Shown one piece after another: positions 8,125 through 16,315 of a stretch of 64,000 bases of DNA. Origin of the DNA: an uncultured bacterium (GTDB taxonomy: Bacteria; Planctomycetota; UBA1135; UBA2386); assembly GCA_937952215.1 (NCBI GenBank), contig CALFZH010000008.1, positions 34,661-98,660 of the forward strand, given 5' to 3'. The notes under the pieces are model-generated. The model did not search any database. It was not told the origin of the DNA and saw only the letters and a program-made list of their open reading frames with translations. A program made the translations under genes and the position numbers. The number at the start of each line of letters is the position of its first letter. Position 1 is the first letter of the stretch.

Positions 8125-8758
8125 AGCGGCGCATCAGTTCGCCGAGGACGTGCAGGCCCTCGAAGATCTTGGCCATGAACGAGTGGTTGTGTTTGACCAA
8201 CACGAATTGTGGATGGTTCTGCCAGAGCGCGCGCAGCCGGCCGTCGAGTTCGATCGCGCGGGCGTTCGATTCGGTTCGTGTCGGGTTGCCGGTCTCGATC
8301 GAGAAGTTGCCGACCGCCGCCGTCTCGAAGAAGATCACAGCGTCATAGCGGGCGAGCTCGAGTTCCATCGACGTGCCGACCGCGGTGAAGAAGTCGACCC
8401 CGCCGTCGTTGCCAGGCCAATAGGCGCCACCGTCGACGGTGCCGCGGTCACAGAGCAGCACACGTCCCGGGAACCGGACCGACTGCAGGTCTTCGAGGTT
8501 GCGCTGCACCTGGTAGATCGCGCGCTGCGCCGCGCGGCGAGCTTCCGACTCCTCGGTGCGTGGAAACCCGCCCGCGAACAGCATTGTGGCGGCCTCGGGC
8601 ACGACCACCACTCGATCACCGATTTCGCGCCGGAACATGTCCGCCGCCGTGGTCTTGCCACCACCGGGTCCACCCGTGAGCACGATGCGACACAGGTGTT
8701 CCCCGGTGCTCGACTTGGCGGGCCGCATGGCGTTCGCGTCGCTCATCGCCGTGATCAT
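8114..8758 (-). CDS. P-loop NTPase, AAA_28 / NadR-kinase-like
   Basis: Walker A is LTGGPGGGKTT. The protein is about 200 aa with a single domain. It is convergent with the ATPase gene and overlaps its 3' end by 11 nt. Confidence 0.7.
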   Translation of the reverse strand: MITAMSDANAMRPAKSSTGEHLCRIVLTGGPGGGKTTAADMFRREIGDRVVVVPEAATMLFAGGFPRTEESEARRAAQRAIYQVQRNLEDLQSVRFPGRVLLCDRGTVDGGAYWPGNDGGVDFFTAVGTSMELELARYDAVIFFETAAVGNFSIETGNPTRTESNARAIELDGRLRALWQNHPQFVLVKHNHSFMAKIFEGLHVLGELMRRFTQ

Positions 8759-8883
8759 GCCTCGACCAAGGTGGGTAGCGATCGGAAGTCGGACAGCCGG
8801 GATTGTTCATGCCAGAGCCCCGGCAACCGCCGCCACTGCACCCGGCAGCGTGCGTCGGCAGCGGCGCAGCCCACGCGACGGTC

Positions 8884-10551
8884 TCAGGCGAATCGTCTGC
8901 CGATCCGGTAGGCGCTCTGCGCGTACTGCTCGAGCATGCGCTGCGTGTTGAAGAACGACCCGTTGAGGGCGATCGCGTAGCGCATGATCGGCACGTACGA
9001 CTCCGGGGCACCGGCGAACCTCGCCGCGATCGCCTCGAGCTTGTCGTAGAGCTGCGCCGCCTCACCGAGATCCGATCCGGGCTCCCAACTGTCGCCGATC
9101 GACCATCCGGTGACGCCCTCGACGTGCCCTTCGATCCACCAGCCGTCGAGCACGCTCAGGGACGGCACGCCATTGAGCGCGGCCTTCATGCCGCTGGTGC
9201 CCGATGCTTCCTCCGGCTTCTTCGGGGTGTTGACCCAGAGGTCGACGCCGGCGCAGAGCAGGCGTGCCAGGTCCATGTCGTGGCCCTCGAGATAGACGAT
9301 CTCGACGTCGCCCCGCAACCGTTCGGCTGCCTCGAACAGGCCACGGATCACCGCCAGCCCGGCACTGTCGCGCGGATGTGCCTTGCCTGCGTAGACGATC
9401 TGGACCGACTTGCCGAGCCGGCGCAGCCGCTCCGGGTCCGCGAGCAACAGGCCGGCGCGCTTGTACGGTGTCGCCCGGCGCGCGAAGCCCAACGGTATCT
9501 TCTCCATCGACAGGCGTCGGCCGGTGCGCTTCTCGATCTCGGCGATCAACTCGGCCTTGCACCGGGCATGCGCCGCAAGCAGTTCGGGGCCGGGAATGCT
9601 CACCGCATAGCGGAGGTTGTCGTTCTGCTGCCGCCAATCCGGGATGTGCCGGTCGTAGACCTCGCGAAACGCTGGCGCCGTCCAGGTCGCCGCATGCACA
9701 CCATTGGTGATCGACGTGATCGGGTAGCCGGGGTACATGCCGCGCGAGATCTGGCCGTGGCGCATGGCCACACCGTTGACATACCGCGAGAAGAACAGCG
9801 CCATGTGCGTGAGGTTGAGCACGCCATCGAGGCAGCAACCGATGTTGGTGAGGCGGTCGGCACGCGCTTGCCCCAGCACCTCCCGGGCCAGCCCGATCGG
9901 AAACTGGTCGTGACCCGCGGGCACGGGCGTGTGCGTGGTGAAGACGCAGCGATCCCGCACCCGTTCGATCGCCTCGGGCCCAGCACCGTCTTCGTGCTCC
10001 AGCAGAGCCAGTGCCAGGAGCGCCGAGTGCCCTTCGTTCAGGTGGTACACACGGATGTCCTCATGCCCGAGCGCGCGCAACATCGCCACCCCGCCGCAGC
10101 CGAGCACGGTCTCCTGCGCGAGGCGATAGCGCTCGTCGCCACCGTAGAGTCGATCCGTGATGGAGCGTTGCCACGGCGTGTTCTCGTCCAGGCACGTGTC
10201 GAGCAGGTAGACGGGCACCTCGCCGCCCGACCCGCCGTGTACTCGGTACTGCCAGGTGCGCACGGCCACGGCCTGGCCTTCGACGGTCACGGTGATGCGC
10301 GCCGGCAGATCCTGCAACGACGCCTCGGGAGTCCACGGGTCCGGGCTGCCGTGCTGCATGCCGTTCGCATCGAGCTGCTGTTTCAGGTAGCCGAGTCGGT
10401 GCACGAGGGTCACGGCCACCAACGGCAGCCCGAGGTCGGCGGCCGCGCGCAAGGTGTCGCCTGCGAGCACACCGAGTCCACCTGCGTAGGTCGGAATGGC
10501 GGACTCGAGGGCGACCTCCATGGAGAAGTACGCGATGCGGGCAGTGGACAT
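8884..10551 (-). CDS. glgP: Alpha-glucan phosphorylase (GT35, TIGR02094-type)
   Basis: MSTARIAYFSMEVALESAIPTYAGGLGVLAGDTLRAAADLGLPLVAVTLVHRLGYLKQ... and TSGMKAALNGVPSLSVLDGWW. The start was moved to the internal ATG at 10551. Confidence 0.9.
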   Translation of the reverse strand: MSTARIAYFSMEVALESAIPTYAGGLGVLAGDTLRAAADLGLPLVAVTLVHRLGYLKQQLDANGMQHGSPDPWTPEASLQDLPARITVTVEGQAVAVRTWQYRVHGGSGGEVPVYLLDTCLDENTPWQRSITDRLYGGDERYRLAQETVLGCGGVAMLRALGHEDIRVYHLNEGHSALLALALLEHEDGAGPEAIERVRDRCVFTTHTPVPAGHDQFPIGLAREVLGQARADRLTNIGCCLDGVLNLTHMALFFSRYVNGVAMRHGQISRGMYPGYPITSITNGVHAATWTAPAFREVYDRHIPDWRQQNDNLRYAVSIPGPELLAAHARCKAELIAEIEKRTGRRLSMEKIPLGFARRATPYKRAGLLLADPERLRRLGKSVQIVYAGKAHPRDSAGLAVIRGLFEAAERLRGDVEIVYLEGHDMDLARLLCAGVDLWVNTPKKPEEASGTSGMKAALNGVPSLSVLDGWWIEGHVEGVTGWSIGDSWEPGSDLGEAAQLYDKLEAIAARFAGAPESYVPIMRYAIALNGSFFNTQRMLEQYAQSAYRIGRRFA

Positions 10552-11088
10552 GAACGGTCGGTGGAGGGGCGCGGGTGTCGTTCGCTCACGCGAGATGGTG
10601 GCTGCCGCCACCCGTCATTGGCATCACGCCGCGGGCACCGCGGCGCGAGCAGCTCGCAGCACGTCGGCCGAAGCCGAAAGGGCCCGGTGCGGGCGATGCC
10701 GCGTGCAGGATGGAGATCGCCACGCCTGCGGCTTGTGTGAACGACCTTGGTCCATGCTGGCGCCGACCCAACCCAAGCCGATGAGACCGATGCGCATGCG
10801 CGCATCCTGTCGAGCGCCGGCGGCGCGTCAACCAGGGAAAGGGCCAGGCCGCCGCGGCCCGTCGGTGGTCGAGCCCCGTTGGTCGGCACGCTGTCCACCT
10901 TCCCGAATCGACTGCGCGTCCTGGCCCGGAAACGACTCACAGGCCCTCGACACTGCCACCCCAGCCAGGAAGGAAGTGTCCGATGACGTAGCCGCGAGCC
11001 ATGCCGTCGTCAGCGGCGCGGTCCATGGCGGGCGAACGGAACAAGTGCGCGAGGGTTGACGCGACCCCGGCCGGACGCCGACCCTGTT

Positions 11089-11175
11089 CCGCGCTGCCCG
11101 ATCGCTGATCGTCCACCGTGACCATCGTCTACATCGTCGTCCCGCTGCTGTTGCTGGCGGTGGTGCTCGCCGCCG
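11089..11175. repeat. 87-bp repeat, copy A (5' UTR plus first 19 codons of the K+/H+ antiporter gene)
   Basis: Matches 14066-14152 at 82 of 87 positions, aligned by eye base by base. Confidence 0.9.
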
Positions 11176-13370
11176 TCTGGCTCGATCGCTTCAGCGTGCC
11201 GGTGATCCTGGTCGCGCTCGGGCTCGGCATCCTGTTCGGCAGCGATGTGCTCAACCTGTGGCACTTCGACGACGTCGAGCTGACCAACAACGTCGCCAAC
11301 GTGGCGCTGTGTTTCATCCTGTTCCAGGGTGGCCTGGCAACCAAACGCGCCGACCTGCGCGCGGTGGCGCTGCCCGCGGGCGGCCTCGCGACCTGGGGCG
11401 TCGTGCTGACCGCGGCGGCGACGTTCGGCTGCCTGCACGGGTTGCTCGGCTGGTCGGTCGACAAGGCACTGCTGCTGGCAGTGATCACTTCGTCGACCGA
11501 CGCGGCGGCGACGTTCTCGATCCTGCGGCGGTACGCGTTGCCCAAGCGCCTCGCCTCGACCCTCGAGATCGAGAGCGCGGCCAACGATCCGATGGCGATC
11601 CTGATGACGCTGGTCGTGGTCGAGGCCCTGGCGTCGGGTGAGAGCCGCGGCTTTTTCGTGGTGCCGCTGATGGTCTGGAAGTTCCTTGCCGGACCGGCCT
11701 GTGGCTGGGCGATCGCGCGCGGGGCGGTGGCGATCTTCGACCGCCTCAACCCGCAGGATCGCGGCTACTACTACGTCCTGTTGCTCAGCGTCGTGCTGCT
11801 GAGCTTCGGTGCCACCGAGGCCGCGCACGGCAGCGGCATGCTGGCGGTGTTCACCGCCGGGTTGGTGATGGGCAACCGCCGCTTCGTCTACCGGCAGGGC
11901 ATCCGCAACTTCGCCGCCGCGCTGGCGATGATCGCCAACATCGGCGTGTTCGTGTTGCTCGGAGTGCTGGTGTTCCCCAGCCAGTGGGCGGGCGTCTGGC
12001 TCGATGGCCTCGTGCTGTTCTTGGTGTTGGCCTTCGTCGGGCGGCCGCTCGCGGTGTGGATCGGCACGGTCGGCATGCGCATCGGCTACCGCGAACGCCA
12101 CTTTCTGTGCTGGGCCGGGTTGCGCGGCGCGGTGCCGATCGTGCTCGCCACGTATCCGGTGGCGGCCGGCATGCCGATCGGCCAGGACATCTTCAACCTG
12201 GTGTTCTTCGCCGTGCTGCTGTCGGTGTCGATCCAGGGCTCGACGCTCGGTTGGCTCGCGAGCCGCCTGCGGCTGGCGTCACCGTCGCGGCCGCAACCGC
12301 GCTACTCGCTCGATCTGGTGACGATGGCGCACAGCGAACTCGATCTGGTCGTCGTCGACCTGCCGGATCCGAAGGGCTGCCCCGGCCCGCGCATCCGCGA
12401 CCTCATCCTGCCGCCGCGAGCGGTGATCACGTTGATCGCGCGCGGCAGCGAAGTGGTGCCGGCGACCGGCAACACGCGCCTGCTCGGCTGGGACCAGGTC
12501 ACCGTGCTGGCGCGGCCCGCCGACGAGGCAGCGGTGCGCGCCGCACTGACAGGTCCGTTCGCGGCCCCGGTCGAGCCGCTGTTGGTCGAGGCCGCCGCGG
12601 CGCCGGCGACCGCGCCGCGCGACGACGAGCTCGACGCGAGGCTGCAGCACATGCGCGACCATGTGGTCCTGCTCGGCCACGGGCGGGTCGGTGCGCTGCT
12701 CGCGGCGATGCTGCGGGCGCGCGACAAGCCGTTCGTCGTCATCGAGCAGGATCGATTGACCGCCGCGGCATTGTGCCGCCGCGGCGATCTCGCGGTCTGC
12801 GGCGATGCGGACGAGCCCGCGATGCTGGACCGGGCTCGCATCGCCACCGCCCGCCTGCTGCTGGTGACCACGCCGGACCCGCTCGTGGCCCGCGTCGCGG
12901 TCGAGTACGCGCACCGCACCAATCCGGCCATCCAGGCCCTGTGCCGCGTGCACTTCGACGAACAACGCGATCTCCTGCACCGCTTTCCGCGCACGCAGTG
13001 CGTGCACGGGGAACACGAGCTCGCCTACGCGATGGCGCGGCTCCTGTTGAAGAGCTTCGGCATCAGCGCGATCGAGAGCGAGGCAGCGATCATCGACGCC
13101 CGCCGCGGTGTGCGCGAACCGGGCGCGAGCCACACCGGCATCGTCGAACTGCACGTGCCGGCGGCGTCGCCGATCGTCGGCCGGACCCTGGCGAGCCTTG
13201 GGCTGCCAGCCGGTGCGTTGGTGATCACGATCGCGCGGGCCGGCGAGTTCGTGGTGCCGGGCGGGGGCACCGAGATCGCGGCCGACGACGCGCTGCTGCT
13301 GCTCGCCAACGCCGACCTCGCGCGCGCCGTCGAACGCATCATCGCCGGCCTGGGCCCTGCCGCGGGCTGA
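11118..13370 (+). CDS. K+/H+ (CPA1, NhaP2/CvrA-like) antiporter fused to TrkA_C - TrkA_N - TrkA_C (RCK) domains
   Basis: The N-terminal membrane domain of about 390 aa has the TDAAATFSIL motif. The C-terminal part includes the Rossmann motif VVLLGHGRVGALLAAML. GTG start. Confidence 0.88.
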   Translation: MTIVYIVVPLLLLAVVLAAVWLDRFSVPVILVALGLGILFGSDVLNLWHFDDVELTNNVANVALCFILFQGGLATKRADLRAVALPAGGLATWGVVLTAAATFGCLHGLLGWSVDKALLLAVITSSTDAAATFSILRRYALPKRLASTLEIESAANDPMAILMTLVVVEALASGESRGFFVVPLMVWKFLAGPACGWAIARGAVAIFDRLNPQDRGYYYVLLLSVVLLSFGATEAAHGSGMLAVFTAGLVMGNRRFVYRQGIRNFAAALAMIANIGVFVLLGVLVFPSQWAGVWLDGLVLFLVLAFVGRPLAVWIGTVGMRIGYRERHFLCWAGLRGAVPIVLATYPVAAGMPIGQDIFNLVFFAVLLSVSIQGSTLGWLASRLRLASPSRPQPRYSLDLVTMAHSELDLVVVDLPDPKGCPGPRIRDLILPPRAVITLIARGSEVVPATGNTRLLGWDQVTVLARPADEAAVRAALTGPFAAPVEPLLVEAAAAPATAPRDDELDARLQHMRDHVVLLGHGRVGALLAAMLRARDKPFVVIEQDRLTAAALCRRGDLAVCGDADEPAMLDRARIATARLLLVTTPDPLVARVAVEYAHRTNPAIQALCRVHFDEQRDLLHRFPRTQCVHGEHELAYAMARLLLKSFGISAIESEAAIIDARRGVREPGASHTGIVELHVPAASPIVGRTLASLGLPAGALVITIARAGEFVVPGGGTEIAADDALLLLANADLARAVERIIAGLGPAAG

Positions 13371-13539
13371 TGCAGCGGCATGCACTCTCGGCAGGAACTG
13401 GCGCCGGTGCTGCGTTGGCCGGTGGACGGCGTCGTTGGCCTGCGGCAGGATGACGGGTGCGGGTTCCGGTTGGTCCGGGACCGCTGCTTCCACCATCCAA
13501 CCCCGTATTGCCGCGTGACCGCTGACGTATTTCGAGTGC

Positions 13540-14064
13540 ATGGTGAATCGCATGCCTGATGTGGAACGTAGCGAAACGAACGGCCTGCCCGCCGCCACGC
13601 TGGAGCGCGCGGATCTGCAGCGGTTGTTCGACGCGCTGCAATCACGGGGCTTTGAAGTGTTGGGGCCGACGGTTCGCGATGGGGCGATCGTCTACGATCC
13701 GCTCTCAGGGCCGGCGCAGCTCCCGGCGGGCTGGACGGACGAGCAGCAGGGCGGGAGATATCGGCTGAGCAAGCGCGATGACGACGCGCTCTTCGGCTAC
13801 GTCGTCGGGCCACATTCGTGGAAGGGTGTCGACCGCGACTCACCCCTGCTCGCCCACGTCTTCGACGAGCGCGATCCCGGCGTGAAGCGCCTGATCGAGA
13901 CCGTCGTACAGACCGCCCACGCCCACCACCGCCCCGTTGGCATCTGCGGCCAAGCCCCCAGCGACCACCCCGACTTCGCCGAGTGGCTCGCCACCCTGGG
14001 CATCGACAGCATCTCCCTCACCCCCGACTCCCTGCTCGAGGTGGCCCGCCGCCTCGCGCCCTGA
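13540..14064 (+). pseudogene. Chimeric ORF: N-terminal fragment of an AsrA/HydB-like 4Fe-4S oxidoreductase fused to the last ~80 aa of PEP synthase (PpsA)
   Basis: Residues 20-95 ([35 protein letters not shown]...[11 protein letters not shown]) resemble the N-terminus of anaerobic sulfite reductase A / hydrogenase beta-like proteins. Residues 96-174 ([27 protein letters not shown]...[34 protein letters not shown]) match the PpsA C-terminus. The junction is at about nt 13825. Confidence 0.6.
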
Positions 14065-14065
14065 G

Positions 14066-14152
14066 CCGCGCTGCCCGATCGCTGATCGGCCACCGTGGCC
14101 ATCGTCTACATCATCGTCCCGCTGCTGTTGTTGGCGGTCGTGCTCGCCGCCG
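14066..14152. repeat. 87-bp repeat, copy B (orphan copy of the antiporter gene start; encodes VAIVYIIVPLLLLAVVLAAGHC-stop)
   Basis: 94% identical to 11089-11175. It lies between the chimeric ORF and the CaCA gene. Confidence 0.9.
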
Positions 14153-14171
14153 GACACTGTTGATTGCACGC

Positions 14172-15146
14172 ATGTCCGTCGCCTGGTCCCTGCTCCTGGT
14201 AGCCGCCGGCGTCGCGATCCTCGGTTGCGGCGCCGATGTGCTCGTCCGCGGTGCAGTGACGATCGCGCGACGTGCACGCATCTCGACGGCGGTCATCGGC
14301 CTCACCATCGTGTCGATGGGGACGTCTCTCCCCGAACTCACGGTCAGCGTCGCTGCCTCGCTGCGCGGCGCGGCCGACCTCGGCGTCGGGAACGTGATCG
14401 GCTCGAACCTCTGCAACATCGGCATCGTGCTCGGGCTCACCGCCCTGATGCAGCCGATGCGCGTGCATTCGAGCGCCGTGCGGCTCGAGTGGCCTTTCAT
14501 GTTCCTCGCCAGCTTCCAGGTCCTGCTGCTGGCGCGAGACGGGCTGCTCGACCGCCTCGAGGGCGGGTTCTTCGTGATCGGACTGGCGCTGTTCACGGCA
14601 TACGTGGTGCGTATCGGGCGCACCGAGGTGGCGGGCGAAGAGGCAGTGGACCTCTCGGAGGAGGTCCGCGAGCGGGAGGTGGCCCACGGCACCCGCGCGG
14701 TGGCCAAGGCGATGCTGTTCGTGGCGTCGGGAATCGCGCTGCTCGTCCTTGGCGGCGAGATGCTGGTGCTGGGCGCGATCGACCTCGCGCGCCTCGCCGG
14801 CATGAGCGAGCGCGTGATCGGCCTCACGATCGTCGCGATCGGGACCAGCGCGCCCGAGGTCGCGACTTCGCTGGTGGCCGCGCGGCGGGGCCAGAGTGAG
14901 ATCGCCCTCGGCAACGTGATCGGCTCCAACATCTTCAACATCCTCGGGATCCTCGGCGTGACCAGCCTCATCCGGCCAATCACGGTGGGCGCGGCGATGC
15001 TCGACAGCGACATGGTCTGGATGCTCGCGCTCTCGGCGGTGCTCTTCCCGATGATGCGGAGCCGTCTCGTGGTCTCGCGCGCCGAGGGCGGGCTGTTGCT
15101 GGGCGCGTACGGAACCTACCTGACGTTGCTGCTGTTGGGTCGGTAG
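14172..15146 (+). CDS. Ca2+/Na+ antiporter, CaCA (YrbG-like) family
   Basis: Two alpha-repeats are present: GTSLPELTVSVAAS...GNVIGSNLCNI and GTSAPEVATSLVAA...GNVIGSNIFNI. The start was moved to the ATG at 14172. Confidence 0.9.
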   Translation: MSVAWSLLLVAAGVAILGCGADVLVRGAVTIARRARISTAVIGLTIVSMGTSLPELTVSVAASLRGAADLGVGNVIGSNLCNIGIVLGLTALMQPMRVHSSAVRLEWPFMFLASFQVLLLARDGLLDRLEGGFFVIGLALFTAYVVRIGRTEVAGEEAVDLSEEVREREVAHGTRAVAKAMLFVASGIALLVLGGEMLVLGAIDLARLAGMSERVIGLTIVAIGTSAPEVATSLVAARRGQSEIALGNVIGSNIFNILGILGVTSLIRPITVGAAMLDSDMVWMLALSAVLFPMMRSRLVVSRAEGGLLLGAYGTYLTLLLLGR

Positions 15147-15220
15147 GGACGGCGGCCATCGCCGGGCTCGTGGCCACCTGAGCTCGCGAACCTCACGTTG
15201 CGACCGCCAAGGCGGTTGCG

Positions 15221-15483
15221 TCAGAAGATCCCGCCGACCAGCTGCGGCGTGTTCGTCGCGGCGACCGCGAGCCAGGCACCCGTCGCGGGGTCGACGTCGA
15301 TCGGCAGCGTCTGCTGGTGGAACGTGACCCCGACGATCGGCGGCACGTTCAGCAGCTGCAGCACCGAGGGTCGAGTCCTGAAGCGGGGTCGAACGGCTCC
15401 TCAGTTGGTGTCCAAGATGCTGGGGCCGAGGGTGCGGAAGCGCAGGAGGTCGCGACGATCCAGAGCAGCGCTGCGGGGCGCAT
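15221..15483 (-). pseudogene. Possible frameshifted mini-gene: signal peptide plus a terminal piece of the shared secreted-protein C-terminal module
   Basis: Frame a (15483..15349) reads MRPAALLWIVATSCASAPSAPASWTPTEEPFDPASGLDPRCCSC-stop. Frame b (to stop 15223..15221) reads ...VLQLLNVPPIVGVTFHQQTLPIDVDPATGAWLAVAATNTPQLVGGIF-stop. Frame b resembles the last strands of the C-terminal module (compare LVPPGIALHTQTVYLQIGLPNNIGQTNVVKV). Confidence 0.25.
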
Positions 15484-15521
15484 CGACGGGCAACGCGAGT
15501 GGGCAGGCGTGGCGGTCCGCT

Positions 15522-16274
15522 TCAGCGGATCACAACGTCGCCGTTGTGCGTGTCGATGACGAGCTTGCCCTTGCCGTCGCCGATCTTGCACGTCACGCGC
15601 CGCTTGGCGACCGTCGCTGGCCCCTCGAGGCGCGACGGCGGCGTGACCTTGCCGTTGTGCGTCGAGGCTTCGAGGCGCGTGCCGAGCCGTTCGTCGACCA
15701 CGACCTCGATGTCGCCGTTGTGCGAACGCAGCTCGCCGTCGAGAGGCCCGTCGCCCGACAGCTTCAACTCGACATCGCCGTTGTGCGTCGTCGCGACGAC
15801 GTGATGGGTCGTCAGGTTGCCCTTCACATCGCCGTTGTGCGTCTCGATCGCGGCCGACCCGCTCATTCCGACGGCGGCGATGTCGCCGTTGTGCGACGTG
15901 AGCTGCACGGCCAGTTCCGGCGGCACGGTCATGGTGAAGCGGAAGCCGGGCGACCGGTTCGACAGTTCTGCCGCGGGGTACTTGCCGTGGATCCGCAGTG
16001 TGTCGCCGACCTGTTCGCGCATCACCTCGAGCAGGTGCAGGTTGGCGTCGGCTTCGGCCTGCGAGTGCCCGCGCACCGACAAGTCGGCGCGCAGGGCGAT
16101 CATCGTCGCCTTGGCGTCGCCCGTGATCGTGATGTCGCCGTTGTGGCTCTCGCAGTGCAGCTTCTTCAGGCCGGCGATCGGCAGCGTGAACTCGAGGGTC
16201 TTCTCGGCCTTGTACTGCGGGAAGATGCACCCGGCGGCGAGCGCGCACGGCAACAGCAGCAGGTAGGTTCGCAT
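15522..16274 (-). CDS. DUF4097-type lipoprotein (putative adhesin-like beta-helix) with 7 HNG(D/K) repeats
   Basis: MRTYLLLLPCALAAGC has a lipobox. The motif S/T-HNGD-I/V recurs; at DNA level it appears as repeated gtcgccgttgtgcg on the + strand. Confidence 0.8.
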   Translation of the reverse strand: MRTYLLLLPCALAAGCIFPQYKAEKTLEFTLPIAGLKKLHCESHNGDITITGDAKATMIALRADLSVRGHSQAEADANLHLLEVMREQVGDTLRIHGKYPAAELSNRSPGFRFTMTVPPELAVQLTSHNGDIAAVGMSGSAAIETHNGDVKGNLTTHHVVATTHNGDVELKLSGDGPLDGELRSHNGDIEVVVDERLGTRLEASTHNGKVTPPSRLEGPATVAKRRVTCKIGDGKGKLVIDTHNGDVVIR

Positions 16275-16315
16275 GGTCGGGCGGAGGCTACGGGCGGGGT
16301 TCCGGAGATTCCGAA

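Noticed and set aside
10552-11117. Possible relic of a Rossmann-fold oxidoreductase on the minus strand (MRIGLIGLGWVGAS..., then a frame switch) in the 567-bp glgP/antiporter intergenic region.
   Set aside because: Only about 14 residues are convincing, which is too short to support a feature.
15540-16160. Seven near-identical 14-nt repeats (gtcgccgttgtgcg), checked as a possible CRISPR or tandem array.
   Set aside because: They are unevenly spaced, and each is the coding strand complement of an HNGD motif in the DUF4097 protein. This is protein-level repetition, not a CRISPR array. No CRISPR-like array was seen anywhere in the window.
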